NCBI RefSeq assembly: GCF_001194135.2 | Contig: NC_068981.1 | Span: 92,763,268 to 92,827,267, forward strand | DNA: 64,000 bases | Direction: 5' to 3' | Source of the DNA: Octopus bimaculoides | Lineage: Eukaryota | In this document: positions 14,561-27,499 of the stretch, in pieces | How positions within the stretch are numbered: the stretch's first letter is position 1 | Layout: every line of letters starts with the position of its first letter | Translations under genes and position numbers: made by a program | The notes under the pieces: generated by a model | Database searches by the model: none | Seen by the model: the letters and a program-made list of their open reading frames with translations, nothing else | What the model was told of the DNA's origin: nothing

Positions 14561-14657
14561 GATATAAACACACATAGATACACACACACAGACACACAGA
14601 CACACACGCACACAAACATATACATACACGTGTGAGTATGATATTGTATAGACGAAT

Positions 14658-15133
14658 ATATTACTCAAAGATATTCCAACTGTATCTGATTTTCATGTTT
14701 TATTTACAATCTTATAATAATATAATATAATATAATAATATAATATAATATAATAATATGATATAATATAATACATTATAATATAATGAAATGATAGAAT
14801 ATTAAATGTCCATTCTGATTGAACTAGTGATTCCATGCATTAAACTATGCAATCTTCAGGTTCATATAGAAGTGGTGACAATTATGTTTTACAATTTACA
14901 ACAGTTGTAAATTGTAAAGCATAACTGTCACCACTACCACATGAACCAGAGGAGTGCATAGTTTAATGCATGAAAGCACTAGTTCAATCAGAACGGACAT
15001 TTAATATTGTATCATTTCATTATATTATAATGTATTATATTATATCATATTATATTATATTATATTGTATTGTATTATTATAAAATTGCAAATAGAACGT
15101 GAAAACCAAAGATGGAATTTCTTTGAGTAATAT
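14658..15133. repeat. long imperfect palindrome / foldback element, arms ~245 and ~230 bp, centre at 14903
   Basis: tttacaatttacaac-a-gttgtaaattgtaaa at the centre. The arms pair outward through (ATATA)n/(TATAT)n tracts to atattactcaaaga...tctttgagtaatat. Confidence 0.95.
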
Positions 15134-15827
15134 GTATATATATATANNNNNNNNNNNNNNNNNNNNNNNNNNNNNNNNNNNNNNNNNNNNNNNNNNNNNN
15201 NNNNNNNNNNNNNNNNNNNNNNNNNNNNNNNNNNNNNNNNNNNNNNNNNNNNNNNNNNNNNNNNNNNNNNNNNNNNNNNNNNNNNNNNNNNNNNNNNNNN
15301 NNNNNNNNNNNNNNNNNNNNNNNNNNNNNNNNNNNNNNNNNNNNNNNNNNNNNNNNNNNNNNNNNNNNNNNNNNNNNNNNNNNNNNNNNNNNNNNNNNNN
15401 NNNNNNNNNNNNNNNNNNNNNNNNNNNNNNNNNNNNNNNNNNNNNNNNNNNNNNNNNNNNNNNNNNNNNNNNNNNNNNNNNNNNNNNNNNNNNNNNNNNN
15501 NNNNNNNNNNNNNNNNNNNNNNNNNNNNNNNNNNNNNNNNNNNNNNNNNNNNNNNNNNNNNNNNNNNNNNNNNNNNNNNNNNNNNNNNNNNNNNNNNNNN
15601 NNNNNNNNNNNNNNNNNNNNNNNNNNNNNNNNNNNNNNNNNNNNNNNNNNNNNNNNNNNNNNNNNNNNNNNNNNNNNNNNNNNNNNNNNNNNNNNNNNNN
15701 NNNNNNNNNNNNNNNNNNNNNNNNNNNNNNNNNNNNNNNNNNNNNNNNNNNNNNNNNNNNNNNNNNNNNNNNNNNNNNNNNNNNNNNNNNNNNNNNNNNN
15801 NNNNNNNNNNNNNNNNNNNNNNNNNNN

Positions 15828-15902
<75 letters not shown>

Positions 15903-16299
15903 CGGTTTTACGTCTGTGTACGTATGCGTATGTTTATTTATCTTTATATGCGTGTGTGTGCGTGCGAGTGCGTGTGTGTGCGTGCGAGTGCGTGTGTGTG
16001 AGAAGATCGTCTCTTTTATTTCACTAATACCTTAGTTCTTCACAATAAAATAATGAACGATAAAGATTGCCCTAACAGAATTTGATCTCAGCTTACTTAG
16101 ACCAAAAGTAATAACCAGCCATTTGTTCCCGGCCTTCTAATAACTCCTCTAGTAATATTAGTTAAAAGTATATCAAAACAATTGAAAATCAATGTGTGCA
16201 TGACTTAATTGAACGCTTCGTTAATGCAAAGAATAAAGAATTAGCAAGCCCTAAATACTATAGATTGATGATCTGCCTTATGACAGTTTACGAAATGTT

Positions 16300-16860
16300 A
16301 GTGGAATAAGATCACAAAAGGTAAATAAAAAGCTGATATGCAATAGTTCCAAATAATATAAATGATGTTGCACAAATTCATGTCTTCCTACACAATAACA
16401 CACTGTTTGGATCATTTAGAAGCAGAACGATAGATTTGAGCATGGTTGTATCCCAGACTTAAATCTTGGAATTATTAAGGTAGCATGAATAAAATGCTGA
16501 TACCGAAAGTAATTAATTGCAAAGACTTCTGAAATTACCTGCAATAGAATCTATTAAAGATCTAACCCTCAGCTCCTTCATTACTTCTTCGCTATCTGAC
16601 GCTAAAACATTTAATCAACATTGTAAATCTGACTACACTCGAAAGGAAATCGTGTTTGTATATACATGACCTCAGACTCTATGCTTGAGATTATAAACCA
16701 TAAAGGCTGCTTGCGAAAACTATACAGATTTACTAGATTAAAATATAGGAAAATTCGATTAGTAAAATACGCCTAGGAAAACTTAAGGAGAGAAAAATTA
16801 ATTAAGAGGGCAAATTTGATGTTAGATAAACAAATATAACTAAGAGAAGTAAAACAAAGC
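16300..16860 (+). mobile_element. decayed R4/Dong-type reverse transcriptase fragment
   Basis: LYIHDLRLYA at 16656-16685 resembles the R4-clade LLYMDDLKLY motif, followed by a L..L.T...F..I...FGL.K-like stretch. Many stops. Confidence 0.45.
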
Positions 16861-18246
16861 ACGCATATAAATACTCAGATGTCAATGCGCCAGCGTTGAT
16901 TCATGGAACGTAAAAGAGCGGATTATGTGAATAGTAAATAAATACTTAAAAACAAAGCAAAATACAAAATATACCAAAAGATATAAATCAACAATATGAT
17001 TGCTCCAGTCATTTGAAATAGATATAATATATTGAACTGAATGATAAACTAGATAAAATATCCACTGTTTATCTCCCAAAATGTCTAATGAAAAATTGCT
17101 ATTTAAAAATCGTTACGAAAGAAGAAGCAGAAAATGAGCATTTTAAAAATAAAATCTCGTGCCTCAAGCATGTGGAAAGAAATGCGGATCGATAGTAAAT
17201 ATTTTGTAAAGGCTAACTAACATCATCAAAGTTGTAACCTCTAGAATTCTAGAAACTGCAGTTTATGGTCTTGAAATTTTTATTGGTACCACTGCCGCTG
17301 ACCACATTCCATTTATTTTGTCCTTTTTCCAAATGTTCGAAGCAAAACGCTTTCAACGGATTCTGTGTATGGGTTAGAACTCCCGGATTTTTTTACGCTT
17401 TTTAGTGGTTATCAGGACGTTGAACACCATGTGATCACACTTCACCTCATGTTACTCGTTAACTAAGCGTTCATGACCTAACACTGCTTTAAAGAAAACG
17501 TGACAACCAGCTAGTGTTGTGTTGAACGATGTGTTACATGTCTTCATAAAGTGTGGCACTACTCTCTCGATCAGTTTGTCTTGAATCGGCTGTTTCATCG
17601 TCTCGTTTTCTTTCATAGACAGTACTGTGTTGACAGAACTTTAGTACTCATTGTCCAGAGCTTCTTCAAACACCTCTTTTGAGATCATATAAACTCCACG
17701 TTTGAAGACATTTTGAAGAAATAACATGCCCATAATCTCCTTTCCCTTTCATCGACACCGTTTTGAGTTTGGAAACATTGTTATTTGTAACATACCGTTC
17801 TCCTTCTTTTTCTCTGAATACCGATTCATTTTATGACATACCTGCTAGCAGAAAAAAATCTAACCATTGTTGTTGCTTTCGTTGATAAAATATGCCAGTT
17901 CTAATCTGTGAATATTAGTTTATGACTGTACCTTTCAGAGCAACATTTATTTTTTCCTAATCAACTTTATTCTAATATAGAGTTGTTTTTTCTTTGTGTC
18001 TCAAACTTTAGAATAAGCCAACAATAGAATAAGCCAACATAAAGAGCTTGTAAAAGTTGTTTGTTCAACCACTTTTTGTAAAATTTCGATATGGCAATTA
18101 TATGATTTTCCAGCTTAAGGTGAAAACAAATTGGTTGTTAAAACGTTTCAATATCTCTTTATGAAGACATCCAGCATTTGTATCAAGTGAAATGGTTAAA
18201 AACTAAAAACCTTTCGTGGAAATTTGCTTTATATATATGTATGTGT

Positions 18247-18303
<57 letters not shown>

Positions 18304-18351
18304 TGTGTGTGTGTCCAATGAAGAAGACGAAGATTATTATTGTTGTTGCTG

Positions 18352-18720
18352 TTGCAATTTCACTTCTCAGAGCACACGATTTCACTTGCTCCGTATAATT
18401 TTGTAAGAGCGAACGACAAATTTTTGCTCAGGGTCTCACACGACCTTCTTCCACGACACTTATCACCCAAGTACCAATCTGAAAATACTCGCAGTCCCCA
18501 ATAAAGCATCTTCCACCTTCATGTCAATCCCAATTTCTGCAATAAATTATTCAAACCTGGTTGTTTATGCTTCCAGTGCCCCTGCACTTTACTGGAATGA
18601 CATACTCTTTCTTCCTTGTCTATATTTCGTACTATCTCATCTGTTAGTGCTTGTACTTTTCAATCTTTTCACATTCTTTATCATCCACTCCTATATCCAT
18701 TGGTATGGTAATATGCATTA
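18352..18720 (-). mobile_element. R4/Dong-clade non-LTR retrotransposon 3' end (RLE C-terminus plus 3' UTR)
   Basis: Minus strand encodes KE.EKIEKY...VIPV..GAL...ALLGTASIFRLVLG*. It is bounded by a (TAA)n tract at its 5' side (18780-18850) and a CAA/TAA tract at its 3' side. Confidence 0.75.
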
Positions 18721-18777
18721 TCTCGGTCTCCTATTTGCAGCATGATTATCATTACCAACGCCATCATTATCATCACC

Positions 18778-18779
<2 letters not shown>

Positions 18780-18850
<71 letters not shown>
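18780..18850. repeat. (TTA)n microsatellite
   Basis: Direct reading. Confidence 0.95.
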
Positions 18851-18852
<2 letters not shown>

Positions 18853-19499
18853 ATCATCATCATTAGCATTATCATTCTCATTATTCACTGATAGATTTTT
18901 ACTATTTCCAACCGATAGTTTAAGCGAAGAATGAATTAGTTACATCTACTTTTCTTTCTACTTACAAAAATCTTCACACAACTAGCAAATATTTAACCAT
19001 TTGTTTCTTGTAATGAGTACATCAATCATATTTCGCACCACTCCTCAGGTTTAACTTACAAGCAGGTGAAATTACATCTCAGATATTGCTAAGGCTACAG
19101 TAAAATACACACGTGACCTCTTTAAGATTAAGGTCACTGAATTGATTGACATAAGTTTCCTCGTAGATTTGTCAAGATTTTAGCTCACAGACATGTTATA
19201 TCCCTCACCTCTCTTTCTTTCTTACGCACGCTCTTTCTTTCTGTTTCTCTCTCTTTTTCTTTTCCTTTCCATAATGGTCTTTGTTGCTCAGATCTGCTTG
19301 CCTGTTCTCTGGTACTCTGAAATATCTCGTCTCTTTTTATTTCATCATTTATATTATATACATTCTGCAGGGATCTATGTCTTACTTTCCTCGCCCAGAA
19401 CATTCACTCTTTATAATTCCTTCCGTACAAGTGTGTTTTCTGTAGGACTCTGTAGGACTTAATCAGTTACAAAGAACAATAACAGTATCAACCTCACGT

Positions 19500-21830
19500 A
19501 TTTCCGAGGCATGTGACAGTCATGGGCAATGAGTCTAACTACAGATATTGCTTATAAAAAATAGTTCAATGAAAAGCTAAAAAGCTACCAAAAGATTTAA
19601 TATTTGTGGTTACCGTGTTTCTTAGAATTAACATTAAAAGCCTCCATCAAATCATCCACAATATCATTAAAAGAAATCGACATAATGCCTCAAATAAAGA
19701 GGGGGAGTTCATCCTAGAATGATTTTGAGGACAAGTCTGTTCTGCAAGGTTATAACCATAATAGTATACGTCTGAATCACCTTCTCACTGGTGCTGCTTA
19801 CTTTTACCTAAAATGGAATTTTATGCCCGCCTGACAGAATCTAAGATTTCCTTCCCTTCATATTATGACAGCATTGGGAAATACCAACAAAATTTCGAAA
19901 GTGGTTATTGATATCTACGCTTCAGTATAAGGCTACAAACATTATATAGGATATATTGTTAAAAATGAAAAAAAAGGTAACCGAAATATGTGGAACTAAA
20001 ACCTTAACTCACTATTTGAATATTATTATTTTAATGAGTAATGCGTTGCAAATCTCCGCACAAACTGTTCTACGGACTTCAAGCAAATAACTGACATACT
20101 TATGAAAATGGTATAGCTCAAAACACTTGAAAATGAACTGCAAACTTCAAATTTCAGAGAAAAAATATGAAACATATCTGTGCAAAATAAGGCATACTGA
20201 TAATCGATAAAATTATTTGGAATCTAAAAAGGGCTAATTTTACAATTCAAACTCACATGAAATATAGAAAATTTATGAAAAAAAGCTACGTATAAAATAT
20301 AGAAAATTTATAACAAAAAGCTAAGTATGACATATATCCACAACATTTAAGATTCACGAATAAATACTACATAAAAATTAGACTATTAAAATGTGAGCAC
20401 AATCTAACTGGAAATGTAAAAAGAAAAAAATCTTAAAATGTGACTTTAGTTTCCATTAACCTAGTTAGGTTTAAAATATACTTTCTCTATAGGGCGGCGA
20501 GCTGGCGGAATCGTTACCACGCCGAGCGAAATGCTTAGCAGTATTTCGTCTGCCGTTACGTTCTGAGTTCATCCTTTCAGGGTCGGTGAAAGAAGTACCA
20601 GTTACGCACCGGAGTCGATGTAATCGACTTAATCCCTTTGTTTGTCTCCTCTATGTTTAGCTCCTTGTGGGCAATAAAGAAATAAATATGTTTTCTTAAA
20701 ACTGATGCGATATTCAACAAAAAATAGAATTGAAAATGTGTACTACAAAAAAAAGTGGACGAAATGAAATTAAAACATTATGATCATAAATAGTAAGAAG
20801 GCAAATCAGGGGGATAGATTTAGAAAAGGTAAACAAGCAAGATATAGAGCAAATGAATACAAAATCAAGACATAAAACATCTACAAAATGATGTCCGACA
20901 ACAGCAGAAACAGACCTACGCACAAAATATGAACGAAATCAACGCGATGAATATTTTAATAATAAAACATTTTAAGAGACATTTAAAATATAAGAGAGGC
21001 ATTAAAAATATAAAACAATATAAGAGAGACATTTAAAATATAAAAGTCATTGACCAATATTAGATTCACCCAAAGAAAAAAATACTAAACCGAAACAATA
21101 TTAAATGTAGGTCAGTGTATCAAGAAATGTATTGAAAACAGACTTAAAATGGATTTGTTCCAAAGAACCCATATAACGTTAAATACATCCCGAAGAAGCA
21201 CAAATGAACGTAGGCACTTCTTCATAACTGAGATACTTATCTACGAAAATCTTAAAAATAAAAACAACAGACGTTATAAATAAAGATATTGAGAGAAAGA
21301 TAAATGTTTTTTAAAGATTTCCTCTTAGACATTGAAATCAAAAAAGAGAATCTAGAAAGAGAAGTAAATTCTAGTAAAATTTAGTAAAATACATCATAAC
21401 AAGGAAGCAGTAAAAAGAATGCTTTAAAAAAATAGCTAAAGAATTTTGATCATAAATATTTTCTAATAGTAGGAAAAACAAACATTCGAGAACAGTCTGA
21501 AACAATGTTTAGAAGAATTCGAGAGCAAATAAATTGAAATTAATGCAATACTAACGACGAGAGAAATATAATAATTTGGGGTGCAGCAAGGCATTGATTT
21601 CAAAAACGTCATACGGAGTGACAGCTGTAAAAATATTTCAAATGGATAAACTGCTTGAGAAATATAGTCACTTCTAGAAAGAATTAAAGAAATACGATAT
21701 TTCAAAGGGTATAACGGTTGTAAAGATTCACTTGTACATATAAAAGTGGCTAAACGGAGATAGAAATATATCAGATTCCCAGAGTTGTTAGCTAAATGTT
21801 TGGGTTCCATAGGTATTCAACAATATAAGG
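19500..21830 (+). mobile_element. long, heavily decayed R4/Dong-like element, interrupted by a SINE
   Basis: Weak motifs in the expected order: IKRG near 19690, a D.KTRK..HP..D-like region near 20850-20920, and EKYSHF*KELKK...ITVV at 21657-21720. Strong A-rich skew on the plus strand. Confidence 0.4.
20493..20686 (+). mobile_element. tRNA-derived SINE family A with an internal deletion
   Basis: ggcggcgagctggcggaatcgttaccacgccgagcgaaatgcttagcagtatttcgtc...gtcgatgtaatcgacttaatccc. It lacks the ~30-bp segment between two ttca motifs that is present at 52808. Confidence 0.85.
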
Positions 21831-21932
21831 GAAAAAATTGAAATCGTAAATCCCCAGGTGATAAAAACAACAACAGCTACTATTGTCTTTACTGATGAGA
21901 ATTATAAAAAAAATTAAGAATGATGATCATGA

Positions 21933-22014
21933 TGAAGAAGAAGAAGAAGAAGAAGAAGAAGAAGAAGAAGAAGAAGAAGAAGAAGAAGAAGAAGAAGAAG
22001 AAGAAGAAGAAGAA
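21933..22014. repeat. (GAA)n microsatellite
   Basis: Direct reading. It explains the poly-E ORF 21883-22068. Confidence 0.95.
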
Positions 22015-22780
22015 ATGGAAAGAACTGGAACTGCATGGCCAATCCTTGCAACAAATCGAACATGTTGAAAGCTAAACTTGCTACTTTTGGTTGACAGACA
22101 GACGGGAACTTGAAATAAGAGACGGAAGCATTAATTATATCTCCTCAAGAAAAAGCTCTAATAATAAACCCGATCAAGGCAAAGATCGATAAAAACTCAG
22201 TCAGACAGCAAATATGGAATCTAATAGAAAGGAGATAAGTATCAATCACATTTTGAATGAGTGCAGTATACTAGCACAAAAGGAATACAAACGCAGACAT
22301 GGCTGTATAGGCAAAGGAGTGCAGTGGGATGTAGTATTGTATGTGGGTTCAAAAAGACAGACCAGTGGTATGTACTCGAATCAAAAGCTGTGGTAGAGAA
22401 GAAGCATTACTAGATCTTGTCGTAATGCGCCGTACATATTGACAAAAAAGATCATACAGGACTATAGAACACAAAATAAACAAACAGCGCGAGATAATGA
22501 ATTTTGCAACTTCATATGATAGCAGAGTGAATAACAAAGAAATAAATATAAAAACTGAGAAATTCTAGGGGCTAACCAGGGAGCTGAGGAGGCTGTGTAA
22601 GACAAAGACAACGATTATTCCTGTAGTAGTAGGTGTACTTGAAACAGCACACAAGATGTTACATAAAGGACCGAAATAAATCGGAATTGGATCTCGCATT
22701 GCTGAACTTCAGAAAGTAACATCCTATATTCTGCAAGAATTCTAAAAAAATTCTTGAGATTTATTGTCACCTAAACTAAA
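22015..22780 (+). mobile_element. 5'-truncated R4/Dong-clade element (CCHC and RLE region), decayed
   Basis: ELHGQ; ETEALIISPQEKAL at 22119; INHILNECSILAQKEYKRRHG; IIPVVVGVL; IAELQK. Frameshifts and stops are present. Confidence 0.85.
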
Positions 22781-22817
22781 GATAAAATAACCTCTACATA
22801 AATTAGCCTTCATTAGC

Positions 22818-22837
22818 GTAACAACAACAACAACAGC

Positions 22838-22892
<55 letters not shown>

Positions 22893-22920
22893 CTAATAAT
22901 AATAATAGTAATAATAATAA
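22818..22920. repeat. compound (CAA)n/(TAA)n microsatellite
   Basis: Direct reading. Confidence 0.95.
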
Positions 22921-23079
22921 GACAGTAGCATTCGCGTTCACCACGCTAACAGCCGACCTCGGCGACGTCGTGCGCACGCACTTCGCTCGCATTTTGCTCG
23001 TGGGTCGTCGTTGCGTGCCGGCGTCGTTGGCCGCTTGGTTAGCTGTCAGGTTCCCGTGCTCGTTTGCAAGGATAAAATA

Positions 23080-23745
23080 CTGCCTCTTCCAGTGCAGCAC
23101 ACTTGTCCAAAATAAATACAGGAGGAAGTACAATAACGTGGCTAAGTTAATTCCCCGAAGTTTGCGTGAGAATTACTGTCTTGGAAAGACACAGAGATGG
23201 TACAAACATATGCAAAAATGAACAAGAAATTGTCGCTGAGAGCAATCTTGTAGGGTTTTACTATTCAATGTGACTCTCTAGTAGATGCTCGGCGAGACAT
23301 TGCTGTAGTAGATATAAGTAAAAAGGAAAATAAGATTATAGATATTGCCATACCTGGGAACGCACGGGTAGGTGACAAGAGCTGGAAAATGTGGAAAAAC
23401 ACAAGTTACTAGAAGGAAAATATTGCAAAAATGTTTGTAATGAAAAGCGTAACTGTCATCTCAGTAGTTGTAGCGGTACTCGGAGCACTAACATCCAAGT
23501 TCGGGATGTATGTCGGAGAAATTGAAATTTAGATGGGTATATTGCATGCTCAAAACCTTCTCTATTAGGGACAGCAATGAACTTGAGATTAGCCCTTCTG
23601 TGTTAAGTATCTTCCAAGACATTTGACAAGTAGGTTCTAAGTCTTGTAATTCGTAGAAAGAGACCTTGAGAGAGTCTGTGAGATCGTTGACAACAGATTG
23701 CTGTCTGCTCACACAGAATTAACCAGAGCAAGTATGATCGAGAAT
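23080..23745 (+). mobile_element. 5'-truncated R4/Dong-clade element, decayed
   Basis: CSTLVQNKYRRKYNNVAKLI...WYKH; IIDIAIP at 23335; V.V.VV.VLGAL; a 3' UTR resembling that of the copy at 18352-18720. Confidence 0.8.
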
Positions 23746-23879
23746 TCTGATAAGTAATATAAAATATAAGAATAAGTAAGAAAGAAGCCGAAAACATAGA
23801 CTCAGTCCTCTTAAATACGAGTCATCTCAACTGTGGAAAGAGAAAAAGATGGAGATAGTGTCAATTATCAAAGTGTATT

Positions 23880-24520
23880 AAGAGAGATATAAAGAAAATA
23901 GAGCACACTGTCCAGTAGAGCTGTTGTACAAAGTATGCTTCATTAGTATGGCCAGATTCAACAAGAAAGTATTTGATAGTTGAAGAAAAGAGATGGCATG
24001 GTACCGTAGGCTGAAGTTTGCAAGCCCGCCACATATGCAAGATTCACATAGTTCCAACAAAATTTGAGTTAAAGCAATTGTAATAATTAAGAGCATTTTC
24101 TTTGGAATGGAAAGCATGAACCAATGGGAGTGGTAGAAAATGACACAGGAAGATCCTTTCTGACACCCTGTTCCAATGTGGTCGTAGTATCCTACATCGG
24201 AAACCCGATATTCTACTGTCAGTCAAGGAAGAAATAACGTACCTGATCATAGATATCGTTTCCCCTAGTAACCGAGAGAACCATCGAAAACGGAGCAAAA
24301 TTGACTGAACATGAGGCTCTGAAACGCAACCTCGAAAAGCTATGGTCAATCAAAAAAGTGTATATTGTTCCAAACATTATTGCTGCCCTAGATAAAGTGA
24401 ATCCCCCGCCAAAACATTGTTTGAAAATGATAGGAATAAAAATGATAGGTAAATACTAAGAATAGAAATGGAAATTGGATATATTCAGAAAAGAACAATA
24501 CTTTGCAGTGTAAATATCAC
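23880..24520 (+). mobile_element. 5'-truncated R4/Dong-clade element, decayed
   Basis: WKHEPMGVVEND; RKPDI at 24198 and IIDI at 24246 in the same frame (RLE PD..D motif); LWSIKKVYIVPNIIAAL. Confidence 0.85.
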
Positions 24521-24599
24521 CGCAATATACACGATAGATAAAAATAAAGTACCACCTTAATTTACGGGAATTATACAGCTAATATTTTAATGAACCCCC

Positions 24600-24860
24600 C
24601 AGTGACTTGCTGAGTATGGTCAAATATGAAGCCTGTTCCTGTTGTCATCGGATCAGTGGATTCAATACCATCCAACCTGAAGAAGCATCTGAAGATTTAG
24701 AAAAATCATACAATCTTGGTGTATTGCAAAAGCCGGCTTTACTTGGAACTGAGCGCATACTGAGTAAAGTACTGTCTATCTGAGATTCTTGTGACTTGAC
24801 AGACAGCGCAAATGTACTGCTCACACAATATCTTCAGTCTATAACATCAAAATATTGGAT
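24600..24860 (+). mobile_element. R4/Dong-clade extreme 3' end
   Basis: VPVVIGSVDSIPSNLKKHL at 24635, a frameshift, then LQKPALLGTERILSKVLSI* ending at 24783. Confidence 0.85.
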
Positions 24861-27499
24861 ACTTAATTAATCGAAAGAAATTATTAAAACTTTGATGGGA
24901 AGTATTGTCGATAATACTTCTAAGATTTATTGTTCATTTCATCATATAACTAACGTATTAGATATGTTCATATTAGCTGAAAATCTCATATCATTTCTAA
25001 GCAAACACCCGGAGATGTTTGAAATAAATATTAGCTGTATTACGTACCACCACAAATAATGTAAAAACAACACAAATAATATTTGAGTTTTGTAACATCG
25101 AAGTATAAGAAAAATGATAAGAACAAAAGTCAACATCAGAAACCAGGAACAAATAAACTGATACCCAATAAAAATAAAGACAATTTCAATACAGAGACAG
25201 ACTTCCCTCCTCTAGTAATTGATAGTGAAACATTAAAGTAAAGTAATAAATACTGATTTAAGAAAGAGTATTTTCGAAGCGAAAACAATATAACAGAAAT
25301 TAAAACAGACCGCTTAAAGTTGTGAATATTTATATAAACACTAGTAACGAATACAAAGCAACAAATATGAAGACGTTGAGAACGTAAATTACGAATATAG
25401 CACATGGTACGAAAAACCAAATGCAAATGAAATAGCATGTACGAGATACAGACTAATGAAAATCGAACGAGAAATCACACAAACAAAAATATGGGTAAAA
25501 ACGAACAGACGAAAACTTCAAGAATAGAAGCTTAGAACGAGAAAAATTGGGAAAATGACAATGAAATATTAAAAGTAAAAACAAAACTGTTATTCAAGAT
25601 GACGAATGAAAATACATGCCAAAGGATAACTTGAAGTTTTATAGCCACAGAACTATTAGTGAACACGTCATCTGCAAATACTTAATGATATCAGAGAGTA
25701 CGATCAATATCATCAGATTAAAAGTAAGAATATATGCCGCACTCACAGTACTTACAAAGAAAAATAGATATTTCTTTAGAACTAACGATGTAGAAATCCA
25801 AAATACAGTCATATAACATGGAGCACAAACATTTATAAAATGAAAGAAAATACAGAGAGCCTTCCATAATTTATAACATTAAAAGTGAAACTTGAAACAA
25901 AGAAATTTAAAACCAAGGTAGACAAGCGAAGTGGAATTTATTTTTAATATTTGCGATCCCAGTAAAGCTAAAACACACAGTAGCAAAATATCAATGAATT
26001 TCAAAAGCGGCAGCAATTAGTCTGATTCTCACATAATAAATCTCGATGAAATAAAACAGAAATCATCACAATATCAACGGCAAGAGGAATAAGTATCCCT
26101 TAGATGATATAGACAGTGGAAGAATCACTCTAAACGGGTTTGTTCCAAACGACAACTAAAGCTCTTATATTAACGTGACAGGCCATATGTACACTTAATA
26201 TGTTAGAAAACGTAAACAATATAAGAACATACACTCTCGGTTGAGATATTTAACAATAACACATAGAATGTGAAGAGATGTTTCAGAAAATACTAACTGG
26301 CTGATTTGAGTAGAAAGCTATATAACCTACGAAACTAAAGAAACATCTAACTTGAAAATAGGGATTATCACAAACAGCAAATAAACATCAAAACAAAAGG
26401 ACCATTTAGAGTGTAGTAAATGCTTACATTGTCGTGAAAAGTTAAATGTTAATCAATAAAGCCATTTGCGAAGATGTAGAAGATGGAAGATTTGTGCATG
26501 CTAACAAGTGATTACCCGAGGATTTTAATAATGTTCCCTACATATCGAAACTGGAAACATTAGTCATGGGTAGAATAGAAACACTACAAGAGAGATTCAT
26601 TACACATGACATCAGTAAGTAGCAACAAATACAAGGAATTAATGCGTTTTCTGAAGCTGTAGAATTCCAAAATATCTTGTAAATAATAACTGAAGACTGA
26701 TACAATTAATTACAAATGAAGAAAAAAATAAAAACACTATTTTTCTGTCTTCAGGGAAGGAAATCAACAAACAAACAAGAAACACATTGAAATTACAAAA
26801 TGTGAAACGAAAGGAACGCCGAACGAAACTGCAAACGAAATAAATGTAATGACAATATATGAAGAAACTGTTAGAACATGAAGGATATAATCAATAATAC
26901 ACTAAAAATTACAGTAACATTACTGGGAAGTATAGAACCCAAAATGAAGACTCAATGATTCTTCGTTAAGTTACAGGTTTAACAAGGACAACACAGAAAT
27001 GAAATGCCTCCTAATCGGAAAAGTATCCAAATGAATCATGTTGTGTGTTTTTAAAGGCTGAGTTACCCCCTATAGTAATATCTGGAAATATAAATTGAAT
27101 ACGAGGACGAATCAAAAAAAAAGAAATAATCAATGTTACACTCCAAAATATATTAGCACATGCGCAGCGATTTTTAGTGGAGTGGGATCCAGAAGTAATG
27201 TCGCTAACCATTTTGTCCGACGACCTACTGCTTCTGACAATCCATGTTCCTCTTAATAACAACATCAAATCCACCTGAAATATTTTAAATAAATCTAGGC
27301 TACGTAGGGAACAAATTAATTATGTTCAATTATAAACCAATCAGAAAGAAAATCAATGAAGGATGTCACTTAGAGAAATTATTGCGATTATTGCACCAAA
27401 AGAACTCTGTATGTTCTTTAGAAACGCCGCTGCACTCCGTTCTCAAATGAGTCTTCGAACAAAAACGCCGATCTCTTAATGCCAGCGAAATAATATGAA

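Noticed and set aside
17313-17740. Stop-poor minus-strand frame (MKENETMKQPIQDKLIERVVPHFMK...)
   Set aside because: It is interrupted by stops, shows no recognisable motif and has no convincing splice pair.
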